Of a stretch of 42,353 nucleotides of DNA, positions 1 to 12,316 are shown one piece after another; the stretch's first letter is position 1, and every line of letters starts with the position of its first letter. The position numbers and the translations under genes were made by a program. Source of the DNA: Tubiluchus corallicola (lineage: Eukaryota > Animalia > Priapulida); the NCBI GenBank assembly GCA_030141605.1, contig JAQGDQ010001408.1:1-42353 (forward strand), read 5' to 3'. Under the pieces are notes generated by a model, which worked only from the letters and a program-made list of their open reading frames with translations, was not told where the DNA came from and made no database searches.

Positions 1-1317
1 TGCAATTTAGGACTCCCACAGGGGTCAGTTATAGCCCCAATACTGTTTATATTTTTCATTGCAGATATGTTTTATAATATGCATGACTCTGTTAAAAAGT
101 ACAAGTATGTTGATGATGGATCTTTGCATGTGTCAAATACAGACCCGCAAACTTGTGTTACAATTGCACAAAGCTGTTGTGATGTGCTTCACAAATGGTG
201 CCAGAAATGGCGTTTAAAGATAAATACGTTACCTGGTAAGACAGAAGCATTGCTAGTAGGGGCATGGGATGAAAATAACAAGCCAGACAATTTAAAAATT
301 AGTAACAATGAAATATTGTTTGTTGAAGACAGCAAAATATTAGGCCTAACTGTTGATCGGAAATTAACATTTGTTAAACACGCGGGCAATGTTCATAAAA
401 AGGTATGGTATAGATGGTTGAAAGTAAAAAACAATTGCAGTAAATATGCAGGTTTGCGACTTGCTACCATTGTAAATATTTATAAAACTACTATTTTGCC
501 GATTATACTGTATGGTGCTATTGTATGGTTAGGTAAAAAACTTACTGTATTTGAAGATATAACCTATGATATAATGAAAGTTTCTGCGGGGTTGGCTTTT
601 AAACCAGATCGTACTAAATTGGAATTACTTTGTGGTCTTCCACCGTTAGACATTGAACTAAATGTAATTGTGGTTAAATCATGTCTTAAGACATTATGTC
701 AGAGCGCTAATGATTTAGTAAAACAACAGATTCTGCGGTATGGTAGTACACGTCTGACAGGAAGACATATTTATAAAAATATTATGTATACAAATGTGCA
801 GACTGTGAGAAACTTTTTAAAATTTGTCTGGAATGAAAACTTTCGTAATACAGATCTTGAACAAATTCCTGAAAATATGTTAATTTATACCAAACGTCAA
901 ATTACAGATTATGTTTCTTATACCTGGGCAACTAAATATAGGCATGTTATGCAATTTCGAGGAGATAATGTTGAAATACAGAATATAAAATGTACACCCT
1001 TAAATTTGCCGCTTGGAAATAATGAAAGGAAAATAGAATCCATTGCCATGTCCTTTTTAACTGGTCAGGGGAATTTTAACAGCTTTTTGTATAGACTTAA
1101 TATGTGTGATACTAGTTTATGTCCATGTGGAGAAGAAGAGCAAACTCCTCAGCACATTTTATTCAGATGTAATAAAATAGATAATGCAAAAAGAATGCCG
1201 TTCATGGAAATAGCTGATGCCAATTATACACGTAATATTATGCTTCAATCTGATAAAAATTTAATAATGGCTTTCACTAACCTGATCAGGGACAATTTTA
1301 TACTAAGTAACTGTTAA
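1..1317 (+). CDS. Reverse transcriptase C-terminal part plus zinc finger (LINE ORF2, 5'-partial)
   Basis: Frame is open from base 1: GLPQGSVIAPILF (RT PQG motif), KYVDD (YxDD), ILGLTVDRKLTF, GLPPL and CPCGEEEQTPQHILFRC. Confidence 0.92.
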   Translation, partial: CNLGLPQGSVIAPILFIFFIADMFYNMHDSVKKYKYVDDGSLHVSNTDPQTCVTIAQSCCDVLHKWCQKWRLKINTLPGKTEALLVGAWDENNKPDNLKISNNEILFVEDSKILGLTVDRKLTFVKHAGNVHKKVWYRWLKVKNNCSKYAGLRLATIVNIYKTTILPIILYGAIVWLGKKLTVFEDITYDIMKVSAGLAFKPDRTKLELLCGLPPLDIELNVIVVKSCLKTLCQSANDLVKQQILRYGSTRLTGRHIYKNIMYTNVQTVRNFLKFVWNENFRNTDLEQIPENMLIYTKRQITDYVSYTWATKYRHVMQFRGDNVEIQNIKCTPLNLPLGNNERKIESIAMSFLTGQGNFNSFLYRLNMCDTSLCPCGEEEQTPQHILFRCNKIDNAKRMPFMEIADANYTRNIMLQSDKNLIMAFTNLIRDNFILSNC

Positions 1318-1573
1318 TTTAGGCCCGCTCCAGTATAAAAAAAATAAATTATGTAGTTGTGTAAAGTTAATTTGTTTGTATAATACTTGTGATTCGTTTG
1401 AAATTATATCTAATTTAAGTATAAAATGTTATTCGTTGTACATAGTGTGAAACTGGATTTTAAAGATTTGTTATGTGAAAATGTAATTTGTTGATCTGAG
1501 CCTGCAAAAAGAGGCACCTTTGTGTATATATATTCATTTCTTTAATAAAGATTTATTATTATTATTATTATTA
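1..1573 (+). mobile_element. Non-LTR retrotransposon (LINE), 3' part; I-group-like with C-terminal CCHC finger; runs off left edge
   Basis: Open RT ORF to 1317, 3' UTR, AATAAA at 1544-1549 and (TTA)n tail ~1553-1573. Confidence 0.9.
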
Positions 1574-1734
1574 TATCTCTCTCTCTCTCTCGCCGCACGC
1601 CTGCCGTTCGCCAATATTTACAAGTATTAAGGACTGGTCTTGAGAATAAAGTGGTTTTTCTTTCCTATGGCCAACATTGTTCTGCTCGGCCATTGTATCT
1701 TACCAATCCCAACCACATTTGTAGAGGGCAGCAC

Positions 1735-1862
1735 TTATTATTATTATTTATTAAATATACACACAACGATCATTACAGCATAGTACTTCAAAAGATTTTA
1801 AAAACATATTTATTACTATGTACACAAGATGCCAAGCTGCAAATGACCCGTGGGATACTTTA
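1735..1862 (-). mobile_element. LINE 3' tail fragment (same family as 24571-25217)
   Basis: Shares CACAACGATCATTACAGCAT...TATGTACACAAGATGCC..GCAAATGACCCGTGG with ~24590-24710. Confidence 0.7.
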
Positions 1863-2324
1863 ATTTAAGCATACTTTTATTAAGCGGTTCGTACCAGACA
1901 GTTTTAACAACTTATACGTGAGCATTCACATCTTTGTAAATTTAACAAGTCTCAGTAAATCGATATAAACGCAACATTTTAAGAATTATTAGTTATGTCG
2001 TTTAATTAAAAATGACAAGCTAAAGGTAAGTAATTGTACGATTAACCTATAAAAATGTCTTTTAACATTAATTTTCACAACATACATAAAATTATGTTGG
2101 TCTCATTGATCATTATTTAAAGCGTTTAAGTAAATGTTACACCATTATGATTCCTGCACTTGCAGTTAAAATGGTTATTATGACATTATAACTGCGCATG
2201 ATGCAGGTTTCACACAAAAATGAATCACTTTTGATGTCAATAATGCTGTCGGGCTGCGGGCTATCAGCTGCAGCAAGAAACATATTAAAATGGGAATTAC
2301 ATTGCTATTACATATTAGCAATAT

Positions 2325-2444
2325 TACTACGGTCAAATCACGTTGAAAACAGCGGTTCTCGTCTGATCACCAAAGTTAAGCAACGTAGAGCCTGGTTAGT
2401 ACTTGGATGGATGACTGCCTAGGAATACCAGGTGCTGTAGGCTT
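2325..2444 (+). rRNA. 5S rRNA-derived sequence (mutated; SINE head or pseudogene rather than a functional 5S gene)
   Basis: 120-nt match to animal 5S: CTACGG..CACGTTGAAAAC..GGTTCTCGTCTGATCACC.AAGTTAAGCAACGT..TTAGTACTTGGATGG..GAATACCAGGTGCTGTAGGCTT; several substitutions, no oligo-T terminator. Confidence 0.85.
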
Positions 2445-2670
2445 GCGGGATGCCCTGTATCTCGACACTAGGTGGAGAAGCTGCACAAGCAGCCAATGGC
2501 TAGAGGGCGGGGGAGGTCAAGTGACCCAACGGCCATGTGTAGAGGAGTAAACCTTCCAAATCAGGAGTGGAGCCCCAAAGGCGGAACAGTGCAGCATGCT
2601 CACTGACTCCGGCAGCTCCTGCAGCCAACCTGATGCCAAACGTATCGCTCCGCTTTCCTTTGGACTACAC

Positions 2671-3969
2671 TGTTATGAATAAATTTCGGAATCATGAATT
2701 AAGTGATTAATTAATGAAGTTATCAACTTCATCAGATTATGTTGATAAAGAGACCTCCAAATTGGATCAGAGAAATTTATAAAGAAATATGTGAACTCAC
2801 TTAACTGGTAAAGCCTATATTTATTGTAAGGCAAGGAATTATTGTCGCAAGAGACGTGTTTACAAGTAATAGAACAGGTGTTCATTTAGAGAGGGAAAGT
2901 TTGTCACAGGTGTTTGAATTTAAGAGAAGCGAAGCTGAATTTTATAACTTGAAGTAGTTAAGAGTATATACCTCCTGTAATGTAATGCGAGTTGCTGGAC
3001 TATAATTGGGAAGGAGCAGGAAGAAGCTCATTTCTTGAACAGAAGTTTATGACCCAAGCGACGCGAGCAGCGGAGTTTCTCAGGTGAGAGGCTACGCGAC
3101 CTGGACATCTGGATGGTCATAAGCACCGAAGCCACAACAGAACCTTTGACCTATGGTGACATCTCGAGCGCGTTCGCGCGCAAAGCCATGAAGACTCCAT
3201 TGGAGTCTTGCAAAGGAAACGGAATTGACCAATTGAACGGTTGTTATTGGTCATTCCACCAAGTTAAGTGAACTTAACATATCGTAACTTGAGAGCAACT
3301 CTGCATAGTAGCTTCATCACAGTAATAGACACCTTAAGTGTGACGTGTAGTCGGTTGTAATAATATGTTTCACATTGTAAATTAGCACCTTAAGTGCGAA
3401 GTGAAGAACTAGTTAAGGAATCTGTTTAGTATCTCTGGGAGCTAATTATATATTGTGAGCGTCTTTGGCGATTAAGTACATATATTGTAATTTAGCAAAC
3501 TAAGAGTAATTGTTGTAAACAATAAACGGATCTCGTTTAATCATAAATGATTAGTTCGAGTATGCTTATAGGTGTCTCAGTAAACAACATTAAATTCTGT
3601 AAACGAATCTGAAGATTTGCTGTGTACATTAAGTATTCTACGAGTTCAATTGCGGGAACTTTTGCTAGGTAGCTTTAGAGATTAAGACTCTTTCACAACG
3701 CGGAGTCGTAGAGACAATCTTGTGAGAAGGAATCATTGCTCTATAGACTTTATCTTAAGCTCTAGTAGCCGGGTTGTGAATAACCTTTTAGCAATTAATG
3801 TATTAGAGGTGAATCCCTCCTTCAGTCTTAAGTCAAGTTATATACGATCACATGCGTCAAATAAGAATCAATATTAATTAGGGAGATTAATATTGCACAT
3901 TAAAGAGTGACTAAGATAATAAAGTGATAACTGGTACTTGGATCCAGGATCATTAAGAAGGGGATAATA
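2671..3969 (+). mobile_element. Solo LTR (~1.3 kb, Gypsy-like by TSD length)
   Basis: Termini TGTTAT...ATAATA (near-inverted), 4-bp direct repeat ACAC at 2667-2670 and 3970-3973, TATAA at 3001, AATAAA at 3521, no ORF. Confidence 0.7.
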
Positions 3970-4584
3970 ACACCAGGGAGGAACAGATGGGGTTCCTGTT
4001 GTCTGGGCAACTCAGGATCTCCATACACCTTGCCCAGGCGTGTGCCCTGGAGACGTTCAAGGATCGGACTCTCTTGGCGCACATTCCATTGTCGTTCAGA
4101 AGGACAGAAGGATGCTAACAACATAATAGCAGATGGTAGGATCCCAGTGTGTAGTATTACCATCCATGTGCTATGCGCACGTAACACAAACTTAATGCTT
4201 CAACCTTAAGCTTGAAAGTTTAGACAAACTCTTAATATTATAATAGTACTGCTTTATTAAATGGCAGTGCTTTTCTGTATTTGTACTAAATATAACATAT
4301 ATATATAGTGTTGGGAAAAAATAAAGTGTGTTGTGGTAATAAAATAAAAAACAGCTCATCACACATGAAAGTAACCCAAAAAAGTAAATAGCTGTAAACG
4401 GTTTTTTAATATTTTAATCATTTTAATGTGTTTTCTAAACATTATTGTCAGATATCAAAAATTAACGAAGTGAAAAAAAGAAATGATTATAATGACACCA
4501 TTTCCGTTGAGAAATCTGCGTGAATCGTATCAACATTTGCCAGTACAGTACATGTTAAAGTAACGGATTGTGGGCGCTCCTCTG

Positions 4585-5268
4585 CTTACACTCAGAGTTC
4601 GAATCTTACGACCACCTGCATTAGAGTAAACACTTGTTAGCTGTGTTATTTACTTACACCCCGAGTTCGAATCTTACGACCACCTGCATTGGAGTAAACA
4701 CTTGTTACCTGTGTTATTTACTTACACTCAGAGTTCGAATCTTACGACCACCTGCATTGGAGTAAACACTTGTTACCTGTGTTATTTACTTACACTCAGA
4801 GTTCGAATCTTACGACCACCTGCATTAGAGTAAACACTTGTTACCTGTGTTATTTACTTACACCCCGAGTTCGAATCTTACGACCACCTGCATTAGAGTA
4901 AACACTTGTTACCTGTGTTATTTACTTACACCCCGAGTTCGAATCTTACGACCACCTGCATTGGAGTAAACACTTGTTACCTGTGTTATTTACTTACACT
5001 CAGAGTTCGAATCTTACGACCACCTGCATTGGAGTAAACACTTGTTACCTGTGTTATTTACTTACACCCCGAGTTCGAATCTTACGACCACCTGCATTAG
5101 AGTAAACACTTGTTACCTGTGTTATTTACTTACACCCCGAGTTCGAATCTTACGACCACCTGCATTAGAGTAAACACTTGTTACCTGTGTTATTTACTTA
5201 CACCCCGAGTTCGAATCTTACGACCACCTGCATTAGAGTAAACACTTGTTAGCTGTGTTATTTACTTA
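4585..5268. repeat. Minisatellite, 68-bp unit x10
   Basis: Unit CTTACAC(TCA/CCC)GAGTTCGAATCTTACGACCACCTGCATT(A/G)GAGTAAACACTTGTTA(C/G)CTGTGTTATTTA; starts at 4585, 4653, 4721... Confidence 0.97.
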
Positions 5269-7935
5269 TGGCGTCTCAATGTTGCTGTTTTTGTTAAAAG
5301 TCGCTTGCAGTACCGTGGCTAATACTGTCTGTTGTCCCAGCGATGGTAAATAATTTTTTGTTGACGATTTACAATCCATACAATTACAATTACAAGTTAC
5401 AAAATATTACACAAACAATGCAATAAATTACAATGAAGAAAAGCTACACAGACAAAACCCCTTGCATGAAGTATAATCGTCAAGATAATAATAACAATAA
5501 TAGTAAACGGTATTTACAGTGGTTAAATATTACAATTATATTATATTATCTATGTTGTATTACAAAGTTTAGTACACAACGAATTTTAGAATGGCAATTA
5601 CATTTTCCAACAAACTTGTACTGTAGAGTAAGCATAGTATCGTATTAAAATTACATTTTTACAAAATGGTAAACTACATTTAAAGAGAAGCATTAGAATT
5701 ATAGTATATAATGTATACAGTATATATAACGTATATAGTATATACACTGTTAACTAAAACAACAGATAAGCTCAATTTTGGAAATTTCCTTTTATAAAAC
5801 ACTCAGCAATGAATTTTGACACTAAATTTGTCATTTCAAAATCAATATCTTTTAACAGCAAAATAAATTTTTGGTCCAGAGGTAGATTAATAAAAAGATG
5901 GAAACTTTTCGCAACAGAACTAAGTAAATTTGACTTTAGGTCACAGTGATTTTTACTGTCAAGTACAAAATGTATTTCATCTTCAATTTTTTCTTCATTG
6001 CAATGTTTATATATTCGATTGTAGGTACCTTGAGCCTTTTTCTATATACAAGTTGTGAGAACTGATTGGCAGTTTAGTAATATGATCTTAGTATATGATT
6101 ATGTACAAAAAGTAAATACTTTTCGGCTTCAAATTCTTGCTTAAACTTTGCATAGGTTCATAGTTTATCAGTTTCCCATTTTGCCCGTTTCTTTTGTAAC
6201 ACATTCCTTCATTCCTTTGAGGAAATTTTATAGTTTGTTAGTAGTTTCTCATTTGTGGCATGTAAAAGATGTTTGGTTAGATCGACCCCTTGCTGTTCCC
6301 AAATGTGAGAAAAGCCTAGATAAGACTTTGTATCTGTGCTCGTTTTTGTCCTTTGTCCCTATTCATTTCTGGCCCTCATGTCGGGAATAAAGGCAGTACT
6401 AAAAAGTGTTCTTCACCCGTGTAACTACTTTCACATATCTTTTCTAATGCTTAAGAATTTGAAAACAAGTAATGCACTCTAGAACACATAGATCTATTTT
6501 TTTCTTTTGCAAACATGTATATAACCTTTAAACATGTATAAGATATATAACCTTGTCAGTACAATGAACATTATGTACCTAAAAAGTATATGAAAGTAAT
6601 ATGTGGCTTAGTGAACTAAATTTGGTAGCAAGTACAATTACTGTATTAGCTTTAAATTATTGACACTGAAATCATAAATTTTGAAATTTTAAATAGAATT
6701 ATTTGCCCCGAAATTAAACATTTGGCCTGTATGACCGCCCGCCTTGTACGCTCATGAGTAATAAGCACTCGTACATGTATTTGAGCTTGCAACAGAGCTT
6801 GTTCTCTCAACTCTAGCGATCTATTTGTTCAAATTTAGTCGAAAGCATCTTATTTGACTTTATCACCTTCTCCTGCCTACTTCTTTCTTTACACAGGTCA
6901 AGCAAAATACAAATGATACCTTTGTACGGTTGTACCTATGTATGGTTATGTATGTTTGTATGTTTTATATGTAACGTTGTCACTGATGAGAAGCTCGTCT
7001 TGTGAAGAAAAATAAATAATGATAATTGTAATTAGTAATGGATGGCACATTTATGTTTACTGTGCAAGAGCGTTTCCCTTGGAAAAACGTGGTAACCGCC
7101 TTATGAAAACCATCATACAAATTTTTACAGATGGTAATAGTGTGAACTTCTCTCACCCTTCAATTTGATAACAGCTGCCACAACACAGCTCAAACTGCAA
7201 CCTTTGTAAAAACTTGATAATATCAAACTTATGAATAATGTGTGAAGAAATTTTTCTATTTATCCGTACCTTTGTAGTTGGAAGCACAACACACCATTGT
7301 ACTGCAGATTGTTGCTGAGTCAATGCATCTTCTTCGTCTTTTCTGATATTACACACTAAAAAGCAAAAGTTGGTTATTAAAACACTATCAAATTAAGTTC
7401 ATTTTAGGCCTTTCGACACGTCTGAAAACTTAGAATTGATTTCGACAGCATTTTTAATACAGTTGTCAAACACAAACAGTGACCATTCAACTATTTCTCT
7501 AACTTTACTGTAATTCATATGAAGAAAACAAGTTTCAGCTTACTATAGTAGAACTACTTTGGAGAATTACTGAACAAGTATACAGTAAGATAAACATTGT
7601 ATTAAGAAAGTTGCTTGGAAAACTATGCAATTACAATTCCTAGGACACATAGCTTAACCATCGAGCCCACCAAGTAATACCAATTAATTAAATGTGGCTA
7701 GACACACAGATGTAAAGATGGAATTAGCTTTCCTGTTGAGTCACTTAGAAAGGCTGTTAACTAAAAATAAGCAAATGAGTTATGAAAGCAAAGAGGCACT
7801 AACGATGGGTAATTGTACTGTACAACCAATCCAATGCTCATGAAAGAAGAATGATGTTATGACTTTGTTATTTAGCATGATGAATAGTTTTAAGCAGTAT
7901 AATATTATATCACTTCACAGACGTGATTCATAAAA

Positions 7936-8203
7936 ATAACAATAATAATAACAATTATCTTTATTTAAAGTCGGTTTTTGAATGAACAGTTAAATTAGGT
8001 TAGAGTGCTATTATCGCCGACTGTAAATAACAAACTACAACTACATAACAGAGAGCATGATTACCCCACTTTTACCCTAAGTACTACGTGCCAGGCAGGG
8101 CAACAGCGGTACCATTTTTAAAGTCTTTGATATGACCCAGCCGCTACTCACAACATCCCAGAGGGAAAGCGGACGCGTTGCCACTAGACTAACTTCGTCT
8201 GGT
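7936..8203 (-). mobile_element. tRNA-derived SINE with MetaSINE-like core
   Basis: Minus strand: A-box-like TAGTCTAGTGG, core GGTCATATCAAAGACTTTAAAAATGGTACC..CCCTGCCTGGCAC, tail AATAAAGAT..(TTA)n. Confidence 0.65.
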
Positions 8204-8789
8204 CAAGTCGGTATGTGCAGTTTATTAAATTTAATGAAATCATCACAAATCATCTCCACATCAGCTTAGTACTTAAAGTCAACATTAAACGAAAACCTTG
8301 TTGAGCACTGCAATAGTATTAGAATAACGTAAATAGGATGATTATACATGGGAATAAGATCTCACAGTGGTAACTTCAAGCAACTAGTCTTTTGAATTCT
8401 CTAGTCCAGGCTTCAGATGAAAATGTGAGAAAAAGTCCATTCGTGAAATCAGTAAGCCTTCAACCTACAGTAACTGTGCGTGTGCACAACAAAACTGTGA
8501 AAATGCTTATTTAAATAAAATGCTGTGCATAATATCCACTTTTGACATAGAAGCCCTTATGTTGCAGTTTGAATAAAGTTGAAGATTCGTATTCACCAAT
8601 TAGTTCCTTCATTATTCGAATTTGTTTCAATAGTAAATGTTGTACTCTCACAACAGTTTCTTGCTTTGCCCAATTAAAAACAGAAATACAATTCTAATTT
8701 CAGCTCAAATTTGAAAATCTCTAAAACTTAACCATGCTGTCACTTTTATCAAATAGTAACAAATTCACCATCTTTAGAAGCAGTCATGG

Positions 8790-8880
8790 ACACACACGCA
8801 CACACAACGCCATGCACACACAGACACACACACACACATACACGCACACGCACACACAACGCACACGCACACATACACAC
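8790..8880. repeat. Imperfect (CA)n microsatellite
   Basis: Direct inspection. Confidence 0.9.
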
Positions 8881-9000
8881 GTTTGTTGGTTTGTTTGGTT
8901 GTGGAATGTAGCATATGTAATGTATAAGATAAATTGTTAAATTATCTATATAACATATATCATATATCTTTTCGCTATCTAACAATTGAATTGCATTTCG

Positions 9001-10067
9001 ATGTTGCTTCTAAATTCTAGTAAATTTCTTTGCTTTACATGTTGCTTCTAAATTCTAGTAAATTTCTTTGCTTTACATGTTGCTTCTAAATTCTAGTAAA
9101 TTTCTTTGCTTTACATGTTGCTTCTAAATTCTAGTAAATTTCTTTGCTTTACATGTTGCTTCTAAATTCTAGTAAATTTCTTTGCTTTACATGTTGCTTC
9201 TAAATTCTAGTAAATTTCTTTACTTTACATGTTGCTTCTAAATTCTAGTAAATTTCTTTGCTTTACATGTTGCTTCTAAATTCTAGTAAATTTCTTTGCT
9301 TTACATGTTGCTTCTAAATTCTAGTAAATTTCTTTACTTTACATGTTGCTTCTAAATTCTAGTAAATTTCTTTACTTTACATGTTGCTTCTAAATTCTAG
9401 TAAATTTCTTTGCTTTACATGTTGCTTCTAAATTCTAGTAAATTTCTTTACTTTACATGTTGCTTCTAAATTCTAGTAAATTTCTTTGTTTTAGATGTTG
9501 CTTCTAAATTCTAGTAAATTTCTTTGTTTTACATGTTGCTTCTAAATTCTAGTAAATTTCTTTGCTTTACATGTTGCTTCTAAATTCTAGTAAATTTCTT
9601 TACTTTACATGTTGCTTCTAAATTCTAGTAAATTTCTTTGCTTTACATGTTGCTTCTAAATTCTAGTAAATTTCTTTACTTTACATGTTGCTTCTAAATT
9701 CTAGTAAATTTCTTTGTTTTACATGTTGCTTCTAAATTCTAGTAAATTTCTTTGCTTTACATGTTGCTTCTAAATTCTAGTAAATTTCTTTGTTTTACAT
9801 GTTGCTTCTAAATTCTAGTAAATTTCTTTGCTTTACATGTTGCTTCTAAATTCTAGTAAATTTCTTTGCTTTACATGTTGCTTCTAAATTCTAGTAAATT
9901 TCTTTGCTTTACATGTTGCTTCTAAATTCTAGTAAATTTCTTTACTTTACATGTTGCTTCTAAATTCTAGTAAATTTCTTTGCTTTACATGTTGCTTCTA
10001 AATTCTAGTAAATTTCTTTACTTTACATGTTGCTTCTAAATTCTAGTAAATTTCTTTGTTTTAGATG
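9001..10067. repeat. Minisatellite, 38-bp unit x28
   Basis: Unit ATGTTGCTTCTAAATTCTAGTAAATTTCTTT(GC/AC/GT)TTTAC; starts 9001, 9039 ... 10027. Confidence 0.97.
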
Positions 10068-10527
10068 CCTTGATAATGAACGTTGGCAATAAATTCCATT
10101 TTGATGTAGCTGTTAAGAAATTCACAGTAACATTAACCTGTTAAAAAGTTACTTGTAAGCAGCAACGTTAATGAGCTGAACTTCATTACCACTTCTAGCC
10201 TAAGCTGTGCTGGTGAATGACCCAGTGTCACTGACTCATCCTGACATGGCCCCAGGCTGTAAGGTCCCAGCTAATCACCCAAACAAAAAATCACAGGTAT
10301 AATTAAGCAACTCTGTAAGGCTACATCGTTAAGCCCATGAAGAAACTAAGGCAGTGTTTGTGTAATCAAGTGTATAGGTTTTTCTTTTGTTAGTGTGACA
10401 GAAAAAATTATTCAGTTCATATACTTCCTCAGCTAATCTCAACAGATGTATGTGTAGTTGGCAGACTGCGATTAGTTGGCAATAGTTGTAAAAGGGACAG
10501 TTAAACTTGTGAAGAAAGTACAAGAAC

Positions 10528-11768
10528 ATGGGTGCCGCGAAAGTACTGATATTTCTTGCATTTTTGTCAGGAGTAAAAGCCGACATATTGAGTTCCACGG
10601 CTCCCGTGGAAGCCATGGTAGCCGCAGAATCCGGGATTCTTGATAAGCTGGAAGAATACGTAGCGGCCAAATCACTGAAACGGCTAAAAGAGTTCGCGGA
10701 CTACTTGAATTCGGATTCGATTGTCCATTTAAAAACTCCGGAACACGTGAAAAGAACCGAAGCTGGAATGGATAATGTAATTTCGATCCCATCAGTGCGT
10801 ACTTGCTCCTGCAGACGATGCAGGGAATATCAAAAAAGCTGGAAACTGTAATGAATGAAGACAACGTGGGTGAGATGATCAATGAACTAGAGAAGCTAAT
10901 TGCAATGTTACCAAGTGAAACAGACTACCAAGGAAAAATAAATGCATTATTTCGATTGCAACAAACGTATTCGCTTGACGTACGCTCTCTATCACAAGGA
11001 ATTATTGACGGAGTACAGACAGGGGTGCAACTGTCCACAGGAGACTGCTACGAGATTGGATTAGTGGCCTGCCAAAACGAAGATACTCATCTCACTGTTG
11101 CATGGCTTCGGGAAGCACGCGTCCTCCACGAAAGGAACAGCAAAGAGCACTCAGACTTCCCACGGGCTGAAGTGGAAGCGAAGCTCATAGACTGCCTTTC
11201 AGCGTTATACCCAAATATGAAAAGCACGTCTAAGAAAACGAATGATGGAATAGATGACGTAACTGATCCAGTTCTTACAACAGTTGATCCCAGAAGTCGG
11301 GACATGCAACAAACCAGAAATCCACAGGACGACAGCGAAATTACCGATGTTTCAACTCTTCTACAGTATGAAATTTGGTGCCGGGGGGAGTTTCCACTAG
11401 GTCCCACATCGGCAAGCGTCCACAAATGTTATTTAACAAACAAAGGCAGTCGGTGGTTACAACTACAGCCAGTAAAAGAAGAACTGATGCAGGAGAAACC
11501 ATTTTTCTTGGCAATTTACCACGATGTAATAATCGAGAACGAAATCGAAGCTGTGAAAAAACTTGCCACGCCCAAACTCAAGAGAGCTAGATCAGGACTA
11601 GGCAACTTATTGGCTCCAGTCTCATCCAGAGTAAGCAAAACCACGCCCAAACTCAAGAGAGCTAGATCAGGACTAGGCAACTTATTGGCTCCAGTCTCAT
11701 CCAGAGTAAACAAAATCGCTCGATTAAGCGATGACGAACCCGTATCAATTAAGCTAAACGAAAAATAA
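10528..11768 (+). pseudogene. P4HA: Prolyl 4-hydroxylase alpha subunit-like, intronless, frameshifted, lacking the catalytic C-terminus
   Basis: Signal peptide, then LPSETDYQG..ALFRLQQTY, LSTGDCYEIG, YEIWCRGE, YHDVI..EIEAVKKLATPKLKRA, SRVSK. Frameshift near 10785 (DPISAYLLL continues in the second frame); stops before the HxD...H motif. Confidence 0.88.
11566..11715 (+). repeat. 75-bp in-frame tandem duplication inside the P4HA-like ORF
   Basis: Copies start at 11566 and 11641 and differ by one base; TPKLKRARSGLGNLLAPVSSRV appears twice. Confidence 0.95.
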
Positions 11769-12316
11769 AACACACAATTTGTTTATTTACAAGATTCTGT
11801 TTTAGTAGCACACCACAAGAAGTTATTGTCAAATGTACACAAAGTCAATGTGGCCCAGTTAAAAAGCAACTATGTAGTGAAAGGGTTAATTGCTAAAAAG
11901 CTTGCATGAGTTTAGAAAATTGATGTTCCTTTTTGATTTCTTTTCGGAACACTAGGCTCAGAAATTTCATATGATGACACAATTTCTTAGACAAACTGTA
12001 TAAAATCCATGCACAGTTTTGTGAATAAGCTTCTAAGATATTGGATTTGTATTCGTAAACAATTGTACACTGGCAATTGTTGCTTGAATCAATCATAAAA
12101 GTCAATAATCATCTTTCATCATTCATTCTGTCATATTCAAGATCAACTATTAGGTCTATTTCTCCCATAATGTACATTTGTTAGAAAATTTATATAACAG
12201 TAAAAGAACAGAAAAGAGTGCACGACCATTGACCAGATGATCTGCATGACTACTGACCAGCATGAACCACAAGGCGAGTGGTTCTTTGAAAGATAAAAAC
12301 TCAACTGCTGACTAGA

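Larger units (their letters stand above)
2325..4125 (+). mobile_element. 5S-headed SINE (SINE3-type) interrupted by a solo LTR
   Basis: 5S head continues into a GC-rich body (2445-2670) that resumes at 3974 after the insertion; 3' end approximate. Confidence 0.65.

Noticed and set aside
2325-2444. Functional 5S rRNA gene
   Set aside because: Substitutions in stems and the C-box region, no oligo-T terminator, not in a tandem array.
6463-6803. AACAAG...CTTGTT-bounded segment as a MITE or Helentron derivative
   Set aside because: Only 6-bp termini and no second copy in the window.
6983-7010. Hammerhead ribozyme core CTGATGA (also ~32565 and ~33908)
   Set aside because: No properly placed stem II plus GAAA and stem III at any of the three sites.
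10329-11773. Minus-strand and alternate-frame ORFs over P4HA; likewise 189-389, 28350-28742 and 40176-41927
   Set aside because: Shadows of real coding frames with no recognisable motifs.
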